Source of the DNA: Dehalococcoidia bacterium
GTDB lineage: Bacteria > Chloroflexota > Dehalococcoidia > Bin125
Assembly (NCBI GenBank): GCA_965208665.1
Contig: CBDBPH010000001.1
Coordinates: 714,717 to 778,716 of the forward strand
Direction of reading: 5' to 3'
DNA length: 64,000 nt
The notes below the pieces were generated by a model, which saw only the letters and a program-made list of their open reading frames with translations, was not told where the DNA came from and did not search any database. Position 1 is the first letter of the stretch. Each line of letters starts with the position of its first letter. Both the position numbers and the translations under genes were made by a program. This document shows positions 32,183-41,551 of this stretch, piece by piece.

Positions 32183-35008
32183 TCACGGGTCGGTATCCTC
32201 GATCGCTTCCTCAAGCTCGGCCACACTCGAATCTGCAGGCAGCGCCACGACGATCTCGTGCGAGATGGTTCCGAGATACGCGTCGTTGACTTCGAGGCGC
32301 AATGTGTAGACGCCGGCGGAAATCTCTTCGCTCTGCCATCGACCCAGCACTCCACCTTGGACCGCGCTGCTTCCAGATGCCAGAGTGACTTCCTCGTCGC
32401 TGCCCAGTCTGGTGGCGACCAACGACCAACCCACCAGGTCGCTGCTGTCGGCGCGACCGGTGATCACCAGTGTTCCCCGCCGAACGACGGCTCCATCGTC
32501 GGGGGAATCGAGACGCACCGGCGCTAGCGCTTCGTCGATGGTTCCGGGCTGGAGATAGGCCACCCGATTTCGCCTCAGCCAGTTGACCACAACCGGATCC
32601 AGCGCAGCCGCGCCCCCACGAGCGACGGTCGGAGGCTCAAGCCACACACCCTGCCGTAGGAAGTTCTCAGGAGTGGCGACCGTCGCACGCTGGAGTGTCC
32701 GGCGATCGACTTCAACCTCGTAACAGATATGGTTGTCGACCGGAGGCGCGACGCGAATCGAGACGAACACTTCCTCGCGTGACGTCATGCAGGGATTCCT
32801 CAACTCTGTGCCGCCGTTCGCTGCTGCCCAAAGCGGAGGTACCTGGGGTGTGTAGACCATCGCTCGATGGATGCCTTCCGGTTCGAGGAACTCTTCCGTT
32901 TCCAGACCCTCGTGCGCCGCGAGCATGAACTCGCTCCAGATCAGGCCTGCAGTCTGGACCGACGATCCGCCGGTCATAGGCGATTCGTCGGCGTTGCCGA
33001 TCCAGACGCCAACCGCGAGTTGCGGCGTGTAGCCCATCGTCCAGTAGTCGCGCCGCACGTCGTCCATCTCCGGATCGCCGGCGGTGCCGGTCTTAGCTGC
33101 GGCCGGTCGATCCAGCAGCAGTGGACTGTCAGTCCCGTAGAGCAATGCCCGCGCGTGGTTGTCTGACAGGATGTCGGTGATTTGGAACACCTGTCCCGGT
33201 TGTGCAACCATGCGAACTTCCGCCTCGCCCGTCGGCGACCACTCGTAGAGCAAACGCCCATCGGCGTCGCGAATCTCTAGCACCGCAACCGGATCGAGTG
33301 TGCGGAATCCGTCCGGCAGGGTGAGAACAGTGGGGTGTCCCTTCATCTCCCCGCCGTTGGCGAGCGTCGCGTAGGCGAATGTCATATCTAGCAGCGAGAC
33401 CTCTCCGCCGCCGAGCGTGATCGAGGGCCCGTAAGCGCCCGGATCGTGCATCGTCGTGATCCCGAGCTGATGCATCGTGTCGAGCAGAGCCGCGCTGCCC
33501 AGCCGGTCGGCCACCTTGAATGCCGGCACGTTCATCGAGTTGGCCAGCGCGCTGCGCACTGTGACCGGGCCGCGGAAGATTCCGTCAAAGTTGACCGGGC
33601 GGAACTCGGTTCCGTCCGCCTCGACGTATGTAGTCCGGACGTCCCACAACACCGTCGCGGGATGCCACGTGCGGGGATCAATCTGAAATGCAGCCAGATA
33701 TGTCAACGGCTTGAGCGCCGAACCGGGAGAATGCGTGGCCGTGGCCAGATTGACCTGCCCGTCGATCTCCTCGTCGAAGAAATCGCGGCTTCCGACCATC
33801 GCAAGGATCTGACCGGTGCTTGGGTCGATTGCGACCAGCGCACCGTTATGTGCTCCGGTAGACGCTTCGAACTCGCTGATTGCCGTGCGTACCTCGACCT
33901 CCGCGCGCTCCTGCAGGGCAAAGTCAAGCGAGGTGCGGATCCGCAGACCTCCGTTGTCCATCAGGTTCTCGCAGCCGCCGGCTCCCGACGGCGGCACGAA
34001 TCGCTCCAGTCGACAGAGCTGTTCCACCTGCTCGCGCACGTAGAGCACGTAGTGCGGCGCCTCAATATCGAACTCGGCGGTCTCGAATTGCAACTCCGTT
34101 GCCCACGCCGCGTCTGCTTCCGACTGGCCAATGTACCCATGCCGCACCATCAGCTCCAGGACTTGCAACTGCCGCTGCTTCGCCCGATCCAGATTCTCGA
34201 GCGGATTGAAGAGCGACGGCGCTTGCGGCAGACCGGCCAGCATGGCCGACTCTGCCAACGTGAGCTGTGCGGGCGCTTTGCCGAAGTAGCGCTGACTCGC
34301 TGCGCCAATCCCATAGGAGAAGTTCCCGTAGTAGATCGAGTTCAGGTACCACTCGAGGATCTGCTCCTTGCTGTACTCGTCGGTCAGCTCGACGGCGAGG
34401 ATCGTCTCTTTGAGCTTGCCTCGGATCCGATTCATCGTGCGGCCGGTTCGCTCCTCCGGCGGAATCAGGACGTTCTTGACCAGCTGCTGCGTGATCGAGG
34501 ACCCGCCCGATCCGCCGAGAAAATCGGAGCTGCCGACTCCGAAATTCTCCCATGCAGCGCGCAGCAGTCCGCGCAGGTTGATGCCCTGATTCGTCCAAAA
34601 CGAGGAGTCCTCGGTCGCCACCGTGGCATCGATGATGTGCTGCGAGACTCGGTGCAGCCGCACTGGCGCTCGTAGTCCGTCGGAGGGGCGCGAGTACTCG
34701 AACAGCAGGACGCCGTCTTCGCCATTGCGGTCGAAGATCCGACTGCTGCCAAGTAGCCGCTGCGTCTCCTCGATCCGATCGGGCGGAGCCAAGTCATTGG
34801 CGAAGTCCGAGTAGATCAAGTAGGCCGCGCCAGCCGCCGCGCCAAGCATCACCATTGGGACGCCTAGCACGAGCACGAGCGCGATCATCCAGCCGCGCAT
34901 CCGCGCCGGCTCAACCTGCTCGCCTCGCTTGCGCCGGCGAGAGCGAATCGCCAGTCGGGTGGCCAGGCTCAGGCGGCGGCTGAGTCCCGCGTTACGTTCG
35001 GGCGGCAA
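32183..35008 (-). CDS. Class A penicillin-binding protein (PBP1A-type transglycosylase/transpeptidase) with a C-terminal extension of about 200 aa
   Basis: GT51 motifs (EDSSFWTNQGIN, ITQQLVKN), a transpeptidase SxxK/KTG region and a basic cytoplasmic tail plus TM at the N-terminus. Confidence 0.85.
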   Translation of the reverse strand: MPPERNAGLSRRLSLATRLAIRSRRRKRGEQVEPARMRGWMIALVLVLGVPMVMLGAAAGAAYLIYSDFANDLAPPDRIEETQRLLGSSRIFDRNGEDGVLLFEYSRPSDGLRAPVRLHRVSQHIIDATVATEDSSFWTNQGINLRGLLRAAWENFGVGSSDFLGGSGGSSITQQLVKNVLIPPEERTGRTMNRIRGKLKETILAVELTDEYSKEQILEWYLNSIYYGNFSYGIGAASQRYFGKAPAQLTLAESAMLAGLPQAPSLFNPLENLDRAKQRQLQVLELMVRHGYIGQSEADAAWATELQFETAEFDIEAPHYVLYVREQVEQLCRLERFVPPSGAGGCENLMDNGGLRIRTSLDFALQERAEVEVRTAISEFEASTGAHNGALVAIDPSTGQILAMVGSRDFFDEEIDGQVNLATATHSPGSALKPLTYLAAFQIDPRTWHPATVLWDVRTTYVEADGTEFRPVNFDGIFRGPVTVRSALANSMNVPAFKVADRLGSAALLDTMHQLGITTMHDPGAYGPSITLGGGEVSLLDMTFAYATLANGGEMKGHPTVLTLPDGFRTLDPVAVLEIRDADGRLLYEWSPTGEAEVRMVAQPGQVFQITDILSDNHARALLYGTDSPLLLDRPAAAKTGTAGDPEMDDVRRDYWTMGYTPQLAVGVWIGNADESPMTGGSSVQTAGLIWSEFMLAAHEGLETEEFLEPEGIHRAMVYTPQVPPLWAAANGGTELRNPCMTSREEVFVSIRVAPPVDNHICYEVEVDRRTLQRATVATPENFLRQGVWLEPPTVARGGAAALDPVVVNWLRRNRVAYLQPGTIDEALAPVRLDSPDDGAVVRRGTLVITGRADSSDLVGWSLVATRLGSDEEVTLASGSSAVQGGVLGRWQSEEISAGVYTLRLEVNDAYLGTISHEIVVALPADSSVAELEEAIEDTDP

Positions 35009-35120
35009 CGGTCATGCTCCGTCTCCGTCTCCACATTACGTCTTGTCCCTCACAGCCTTGATGCGCGATAGGCTGCGTTTCACGCACCGATAACGAACAC
35101 TTCTCAGCGGCCCAACCGAC

Positions 35121-35432
35121 ATGTCCGAAGCTGACACGACGCAGTTCACGAGCGAACAGGTACGTCACCTGGCGTCGTTGGTCCGTATTGAGTTAACGGA
35201 ATCGGAAGTCGAGGAGTTCCGTAGCGAACTCGCGAGCATCCTCTCGCACATCGACGCACTGTCTGAGATCGACACCGAAGGCGTGCCGCCGACCAACAAC
35301 GGCGCCGACCTGCTCAACGTCCAGGACGACGACGCCTCCGAGCCTGCCATGCCGCGCGAAGAGGTTCTCGCCAACGCGCCGCAGCGGGAAGACGACTACT
35401 TTCGAGTCCACGCGGTGCTCGACCAATCATGA
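35121..35432 (+). CDS. gatC: Asp-tRNA(Asn)/Glu-tRNA(Gln) amidotransferase subunit C
   Basis: 103 aa, with the GatC pattern (VRHLASLVRIELTESEVEEF...). Its stop overlaps the gatA start (ATGA). Confidence 0.85.
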   Translation: MSEADTTQFTSEQVRHLASLVRIELTESEVEEFRSELASILSHIDALSEIDTEGVPPTNNGADLLNVQDDDASEPAMPREEVLANAPQREDDYFRVHAVLDQS

Positions 35433-36919
35433 ACGCCGACAGCGACCCCGATCTGCTGACAATCACACTCGCCGAGGGAGCGAAGCGTCTGCGCGCCGGA
35501 GAAGTGACGTCTCAGAAGCTGACCCGCGCCTTTCTCGACCGGATCGCCGCCACTGACGAACGAGTGCGCGCATTCGTCACCGTGACCGAGGAATCGGCGG
35601 TGGCCGAGGCGCAACAGGCCGACAATCTCCTTTCCAGCGGAGACGCCACCGCGCCGCTGACGGGTCTTCCAATCGGGCTCAAGGATGTCCTCATGACTAA
35701 GGGTGTCCGCACGACGGCCGGCTCGCGCATACTGGACACCCTGGTTCCCCCCTATGACGCGACGGTCGTCGGTCGGTTGCGCGATGCCGGCGCGATCTCG
35801 CTGGGCAAACTCAACATGGACGAGTTCGCGATGGGCTCGTCGACGGAACACTCCGCCTGGTTCCCTACGGCGAATCCCTGGGACCTCGATCGCGTTCCAG
35901 GCGGCTCATCCGGCGGCTCGGCTGCGGCGGTCGCGGCGCAGCAGTGCATCGCCACCCTCGGCTCAGACACTGGCGGCTCCATCCGCCAACCGGCTTCATT
36001 CTGTGGCGTGGTCGGACTCAAGCCAACCTACGGGCGCGTCTCCCGCTACGGCTTGATCGCCTTCGCTAGCTCCCTCGACCAGATCGGTCCGTTCACGCGA
36101 ACCGTCGAGGACGCCGCGTTGCTGCTCCAGGAAATCGCTGGACCGGATCCACTCGACTCAACCTGCTACGACGCGCCGGTACCGGACTTCAGCGCGAAAC
36201 TGGACCGAGGCCTTGACGGCCTCCGCGTCGCCGCGCCGCGCGAATTCTTCAGTGGCGGGATGGACGACGATGTCGCCGCCGCGATCGAAAACGCGCTTGA
36301 TTTGCTCTCTGCTAACGGCGCGATCGTCGATCGTTCGCCCTCGATGCCCTCGGTGCCGATGGCGCTGCCGGTCTACTACATCCTCGCTCCCTCCGAGTGC
36401 TCCGCCAACCTGGCCCGCTTCGATGGTGTCAAGTACGGCTACGGCGCGCGACAGGGCGAGTCGATGTGGGCTGACATGGAAGCGACCCGGAAGCACGGCT
36501 TTGGCCGCGAGGTCAAGCGGCGCATCCTGCTCGGCGCGTATGCGCTCTCCGCTGGCTACTACGACGCCTACTACCTGCAGGCACAGAAGGTTCGCACGTT
36601 GATCCGACGGGAGTTTGATCGGGTCTTCGCCGACCACGACGTGATCGTCGCACCCACCGCGCCGACCGTCGCGTTCAAACAGGGCGCGATCACCGACCCG
36701 TATCAGATGTACCTCAACGACATCTTCACGATTCCGGCCAACATCGCGGGTCTTCCGGCGATCTCGATTCCCGGGGGCTTCGGCGCCGACGGCATGCCAG
36801 TCGGCCTCCAATTCGTTGGACAGCGCCTGGACGAAACGACGTTGCTGGGCGTCGCCAATGCCTACGAGCAGCTGGCCGGTTGGAACACCATTCCGCCATC
36901 GAATGTTGGCTCAACGTAA
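35429..36919 (+). CDS. gatA: Glu-tRNA(Gln) amidotransferase subunit A
   Basis: The amidase signature (GGSSGGSAAAVAA) is present and the 496 aa are collinear with GatA. No gatB follows. Confidence 0.9.
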   Translation: MNADSDPDLLTITLAEGAKRLRAGEVTSQKLTRAFLDRIAATDERVRAFVTVTEESAVAEAQQADNLLSSGDATAPLTGLPIGLKDVLMTKGVRTTAGSRILDTLVPPYDATVVGRLRDAGAISLGKLNMDEFAMGSSTEHSAWFPTANPWDLDRVPGGSSGGSAAAVAAQQCIATLGSDTGGSIRQPASFCGVVGLKPTYGRVSRYGLIAFASSLDQIGPFTRTVEDAALLLQEIAGPDPLDSTCYDAPVPDFSAKLDRGLDGLRVAAPREFFSGGMDDDVAAAIENALDLLSANGAIVDRSPSMPSVPMALPVYYILAPSECSANLARFDGVKYGYGARQGESMWADMEATRKHGFGREVKRRILLGAYALSAGYYDAYYLQAQKVRTLIRREFDRVFADHDVIVAPTAPTVAFKQGAITDPYQMYLNDIFTIPANIAGLPAISIPGGFGADGMPVGLQFVGQRLDETTLLGVANAYEQLAGWNTIPPSNVGST

Positions 36920-36984
36920 CGAGTCGACCGCCGTTACCCATCCCAGCAGACAGGGCCCTGTTCTTCACGTAAAGTTCAACACTG

Positions 36985-37476
36985 ATGGACTCGATCTTGG
37001 AATCAGTACTCCGCGAACTGGCCCGCGACGCCCGCCTCTCGGTAGGTGACATCGCCGCCTCCCTCGATGTCGAGGAGTCGGCCGTCGCCGACGCGATCCG
37101 TGAAGCCGACGAGCGCAACATCATCCTCGGACGAGGCGCGAAGATCAACTGGGAAACGCTCGGTCTCTCGACCGTGTACGCCGTCGTCGAAGTCACTGTC
37201 GAGCCGCAGGAGAACGTCGGCTACAACGCCGTCGCCCGCCGCATCGCCCGCTTCGACGAGGTGCGCACCGTCTATTTCGTCTCCGGCGCCTACGACTTGC
37301 TGGTCATGGTCGAGGCCGAGAACATGCGCGGGATCTCCGACTTCGTCGGCGACCGTCTGGCCACGATGTCGGGCGTCAAAGGCACGACAACCCGAGTCTT
37401 GATGCGCCGCTACAAGGAAGACGGCGTCTTCCTCGACGCTGATCTACAAAACGACCGCCAGAAGGTCGTCTTCTGA
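36985..37476 (+). CDS. Lrp/AsnC family transcriptional regulator
   Basis: 163 aa. N-terminal HTH (LSVGDIAASLDVEESAV) and a C-terminal RAM domain (VYAVVEVTVEP...YDLLVMVEAEN). Confidence 0.85.
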   Translation: MDSILESVLRELARDARLSVGDIAASLDVEESAVADAIREADERNIILGRGAKINWETLGLSTVYAVVEVTVEPQENVGYNAVARRIARFDEVRTVYFVSGAYDLLVMVEAENMRGISDFVGDRLATMSGVKGTTTRVLMRRYKEDGVFLDADLQNDRQKVVF

Positions 37477-37521
37477 CCCGACAATCGCAATAGCAGGAAC
37501 GAGTTTAAAGCGAGTTCAGCC

Positions 37522-38805
37522 ATGCCGATAGCGTCCAACGACCGCCCGTTTGCCAGCGACGACGATCCCCGGCGTACCGGCGCCGCGGGTGCTGGAACGG
37601 CGGCTGCGGCGCAAGGAACCGGATCGGCGGATAGAGCGGCTCGAATCGCCGAGCGGGTACAGGCGGTGCCCGGCTCCGGCATCAGGCGCTTCTTCGACAT
37701 CATTGCCTCGATGGACCATGTGATCTCGCTTGGGGTCGGTGAACCCGACTTCGTCACCCCCTGGCCGATCAGCGAAGCCGCCATCCGCGCGATCGAGCAG
37801 GGGCACACGCACTACACCTCCAACCTCGGCCTGCTCGAACTTCGCGAGGCGATCGCGAGGGACCTCGAGCGCCGCTACGGCGTGGAATGGGATCCCCGCG
37901 AGGAGTTGCTGATCACTACGGGAGTCTCGGAAGGCCTCGACCTGGCCGTCCGTGCGATCATCAACCCCGGCGACGAAGTGATCGTCGCCGACCCGTCCTA
38001 CGCCGCTCACGCGCCGGCCATCGTCCTTGCAGGCGGAGTTCCGGTCTCGATCAAGACCGACGCGGCCCACAACTTCGCCCTCGATTCCGCAGCCGTGGAG
38101 GCAGCGGTCACGCCCAGGACTCGGGCGCTATTGATCGCCTACCCGTCCAACCCCACCGGCGCGGTACTGGAGCGTCCCACCCTCGAAGCGCTGGCCGATA
38201 TCGCGAAGCGTCATGACCTGCTCGTCATATCTGACGAGATCTATGACCGCCTCGTCTACGGCGGCGCAGTGCACACGCCGATCGCTTCGCTCCCCGGCAT
38301 GAAGGATCGCACGATCACCCTTGGCGGATTCTCCAAGTCCCATGCCATGACCGGCTGGCGGGTCGGCTGGGCCGCGGCCCCGCCCGACCTGTTCGGCGGC
38401 ATGCTCAAGATTCACCAGTACGCGATGATGTCTGCACCCACAGTCGCCCAGTACGCCGCGCTGGAGGCGGTCCGCGCGGGCGAAGAACACGTCGTCTCGA
38501 TGCGCGAGGAGTACGACCGCCGCCGCCAACTCATGTGGCGCGGTTTCAACGACCTCGGCCTCGCCTGCGCCGAGCCGCGAGGTGCGTTCTACGCCTTCCC
38601 ATCGGTCGCCCAGACCGGCTACGACGACGAAACCTTCGCCGAAGAGTTGCTCCTTCGAGAGCAGGTGGCGGTCGTTCCTGGTTCCGCATTCGGCGAGGCC
38701 GGCGCTGGCCACGTCAGAGCCTGTTACGCGACCAGCTACGAGGACATCGACGAAGCGCTCAGGCGCATCCGCCGCTTTCTGCACCACGCTCCGATGGCCA
38801 AGTAG
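37522..38805 (+). CDS. Class I/II pyridoxal-phosphate aminotransferase (aspartate/aromatic aminotransferase-like)
   Basis: GVGEPDF, NPTGAV and the FSKSHAMTGWRVG (PLP-lysine) motifs. It has a roughly 45-aa Ala/Gly-rich N-terminal extension. Confidence 0.85.
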   Translation: MPIASNDRPFASDDDPRRTGAAGAGTAAAAQGTGSADRAARIAERVQAVPGSGIRRFFDIIASMDHVISLGVGEPDFVTPWPISEAAIRAIEQGHTHYTSNLGLLELREAIARDLERRYGVEWDPREELLITTGVSEGLDLAVRAIINPGDEVIVADPSYAAHAPAIVLAGGVPVSIKTDAAHNFALDSAAVEAAVTPRTRALLIAYPSNPTGAVLERPTLEALADIAKRHDLLVISDEIYDRLVYGGAVHTPIASLPGMKDRTITLGGFSKSHAMTGWRVGWAAAPPDLFGGMLKIHQYAMMSAPTVAQYAALEAVRAGEEHVVSMREEYDRRRQLMWRGFNDLGLACAEPRGAFYAFPSVAQTGYDDETFAEELLLREQVAVVPGSAFGEAGAGHVRACYATSYEDIDEALRRIRRFLHHAPMAK

Positions 38806-38845
38806 CAGCGGATTGGTCCGCTTGGTCAGGCGTTAGCCTGCGCCA

Positions 38846-39568
38846 ATGACGTTCCGCCTCAAGCCTCCCGAGGACCAGCCCGATCCCGAAGACCTGACCC
38901 TTCGCATCACCGGGGTCCAGGCGCGCCCGCGACCCGTTGAGGAGGGCGAACCGGATCCGTCGCGATTGGAGCTGAAGCTGGGAACCACGCGCGGCGAAAT
39001 CAGCGCACTGCTCGATGTCAGCGAAGGACAAACCGGCGCGCTGCTGACCTGCTCGGGCGCGATGGGTGGCGAGCACGAGGTTCGCGGCCCGGCCGACAAC
39101 GTCTACCAGCGCCTGGCCGAGCAGCTACCGACCGAGGGTATCTCGACGCTGAGGATCCACTACCGGATCGCCGGCGAGTTCGAGGAGTGCGTACTCGATC
39201 TGCTCGGCGCCTGCTCGTTCCTCAGCGGCGTCGGAGCCGAGCGGATCATCCTCGCCGGCCACTCATTCGGTGGCGCGGTCGTGATCAAGACGGCGCAGAT
39301 CATGCCTCAGGTGGCTGGAGTGATCTCACTCTCGCCTCAGCTCTTCGGGACGAGACAGGTCGACGAGATGGCCAAGCCGCTTCTGTTGATCCACGGCACC
39401 GCGGACGCCATCCTCCACCACATGGCGTCCGAAGACATCTACGAGCGCGCCAACGAGCCGAAGAAGCTGGTGCTGATTCCCGACGGAGGCCACGGCCTGG
39501 CCGAGGAGCCCGAATCCGTGCTGTCAGAGATGCGCCAGTTCGTACACGAACACGCCGGGCCGCAATAG
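38846..39568 (+). CDS. Alpha/beta-hydrolase (dienelactone-hydrolase-like)
   Basis: 240 aa. Nucleophile elbow AGHSFGG, then the later IHGTADAI and GGHG segments. Confidence 0.7.
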   Translation: MTFRLKPPEDQPDPEDLTLRITGVQARPRPVEEGEPDPSRLELKLGTTRGEISALLDVSEGQTGALLTCSGAMGGEHEVRGPADNVYQRLAEQLPTEGISTLRIHYRIAGEFEECVLDLLGACSFLSGVGAERIILAGHSFGGAVVIKTAQIMPQVAGVISLSPQLFGTRQVDEMAKPLLLIHGTADAILHHMASEDIYERANEPKKLVLIPDGGHGLAEEPESVLSEMRQFVHEHAGPQ

Positions 39569-39584
39569 GCCCGTCCAGACCGGT

Positions 39585-40451
39585 CTAGTCGTCGGTGTTG
39601 TTGCCGTTGCCTGATGCGACGCCAACGCCCAGTCGCTCAGCAATCGTGCGGGCCGCGTTGGTTAGCTCCATCGGGATGATCCACTTGGTGCTTTCGCTAT
39701 TGGCCAGGTTGCGCAACGTGTCGAGGTACTGCAGACCCATTGTGTTGCCGTGCGCGACCTGCGCGGCGGTATTGATCGAGTTCAGTGCGTCGGCGTAGCC
39801 CTGCGCTTCGAGGATCTGCGCCTCCCGGTGACCTTCGGCCCGCAGGATCTGCGCCTGCTTCTCCCCCTCGGCCTCGAGGATGGCCGCCTGACGTTCACCC
39901 TCGGCCACGTTGATCTGTGCGTCACGCGAACCTTCGGACTCGGTGATTTGCGCGCGACGTGTACGTTCAGCCGACATCTGCCGCGTCATCGCTTCTGCGA
40001 TCGCGGGCGGCGGCTCTATCTCGCGGATTTCCACCGCGGTCACCTTGACGCCCCAGCGATTGGTGACCTCGTCCAGTTTGATCTGCATCTGATCGTTGAT
40101 GTCATCCCGTCGGGACAGCACTTCGTCCAAGTTCATCTCACCGACCACGGCGCGCAATGTCGTCGTCGCCAGTTGGCGCGCAGCCCCAAGGTAGTCACGA
40201 ACCTCAAGCACCGTTCGCTCTGGGTCCATCACGCGCAAGTAGACGACGAAATCGACGTCGACGCCGGCGTTGTCACGGGTGATGTTTCGCTGCGGCGGCA
40301 CGTCGAAGTACTGCTCACGTGTGTCGACCTTGGTTCCTGCCTGGATGATCGGAATAATCCAGACCAGCCCTGGCCCTTTGAGGCCCACATACCGTCCCAG
40401 TTGAAACTTAGCGACGCGCTCATAGTCGCGGACCATGTTGATGATCGCCAT
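39585..40451 (-). CDS. SPFH/band-7 (stomatin-like) domain protein
   Basis: Start MAIINM (AGGAG RBS upstream). SPFH core and a C-terminal coiled-coil with repeated AEGE(R/K)QAxIL units. Confidence 0.8.
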   Translation of the reverse strand: MAIINMVRDYERVAKFQLGRYVGLKGPGLVWIIPIIQAGTKVDTREQYFDVPPQRNITRDNAGVDVDFVVYLRVMDPERTVLEVRDYLGAARQLATTTLRAVVGEMNLDEVLSRRDDINDQMQIKLDEVTNRWGVKVTAVEIREIEPPPAIAEAMTRQMSAERTRRAQITESEGSRDAQINVAEGERQAAILEAEGEKQAQILRAEGHREAQILEAQGYADALNSINTAAQVAHGNTMGLQYLDTLRNLANSESTKWIIPMELTNAARTIAERLGVGVASGNGNNTDD

Positions 40452-40587
40452 CGGATACTCCTGTAATGCTGAATCTACTCGCTGCCGGCTATTCGCTCGC
40501 TGCGAGTATATGGACTCATCCTGATTTTGAATGTACACAGTGCAAAACGACCGGAGTGGCGGTCATTTGGGGGAATAAGCTGCCGAT

Positions 40588-41502
40588 GTGAACGAACCCG
40601 ACCGCGAGCCGCTGCCCGTATCTCAGGTTCCCTGGCAGGTCAGGCTGGCACGCAGCCGCAGCTTCGCCTGGCTCGAACTGTGCCGACCGCACACTGCCAC
40701 CTCTCTGCTGCTCTCATCCGCACTGATGGTCCTGACCGCTGCCGAAGGCTCGCTCTTCTGGGCCCTGCCGTTGCAGTACGGAGGGATGGTCGTCGCCTTC
40801 AGCGGTGCCGCCGGCCTGATCGGCAACGCCCTTGATGCCGAGATTGATGGAAAGAGCCGCCTGATGCGCCCGATCCCCGCAGGAAGGATCGAAACCAGAT
40901 CGGCGCTCCTCGCGGCCGCCGTCCCGACGGCCTTCGGCGCGGCGATCGGTTTCTTCACCGATTGGCGGGTGGGCATCATTGGATTGGCGATGCTCGGCGC
41001 GAGCGTGATGTACAACGTCGGCTGGCGGGGCTCGATTCTAGGTTTCGCCTCATTCGCTCTGATCGGAGTGTTGATGCCAGTCGGCGCGATTCAGACAGCC
41101 AACGTCAACTTCGCCGATGCACACTTGCTCTGGGTGATTCCGGTCGGTGCGCTCACGGGTGCGGCCACCTACATGACCTACAAGCTGCCCGACTTTGAGC
41201 TCGACGACTTCGACGGGTCCCGTTCAATCCTCCATGGGTTAGGGATCGACACCGCCATTCCGATGTCCTGGGCGATCCTCGCGGGAGGCCTCGCTCTGGC
41301 CGCGGCCTCCATCAACCTCTCCGGTGGCAACCTCGCCTGGCTGCTCGGTCCGTTGCTCTACATCATCCTCGCCGGGCTGTTTTGCATCTCGATGCTGATC
41401 CGGCGCGTGACTGAAGCGCGTCTTCGCCTGCAGCGATTACTGATCGTGCCTTCGCTGCCAATTCTCGTGGTCTGTTGGCTGGGCGCCGCCGCTTCGGCCT
41501 GA
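40588..41502 (+). CDS. UbiA-family integral-membrane prenyltransferase
   Basis: 304 aa and polytopic. NALDAEIDGKSRLMRPIPAGRI matches the NxxDxxxD...RPIPxGxI first Asp-rich motif of UbiA enzymes. Confidence 0.65.
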   Translation: MNEPDREPLPVSQVPWQVRLARSRSFAWLELCRPHTATSLLLSSALMVLTAAEGSLFWALPLQYGGMVVAFSGAAGLIGNALDAEIDGKSRLMRPIPAGRIETRSALLAAAVPTAFGAAIGFFTDWRVGIIGLAMLGASVMYNVGWRGSILGFASFALIGVLMPVGAIQTANVNFADAHLLWVIPVGALTGAATYMTYKLPDFELDDFDGSRSILHGLGIDTAIPMSWAILAGGLALAAASINLSGGNLAWLLGPLLYIILAGLFCISMLIRRVTEARLRLQRLLIVPSLPILVVCWLGAAASA

Positions 41503-41551
41503 CCGAATCGCAGTTCACCGGCATCATCCGCTAGGTTGATCGCGCATACTC

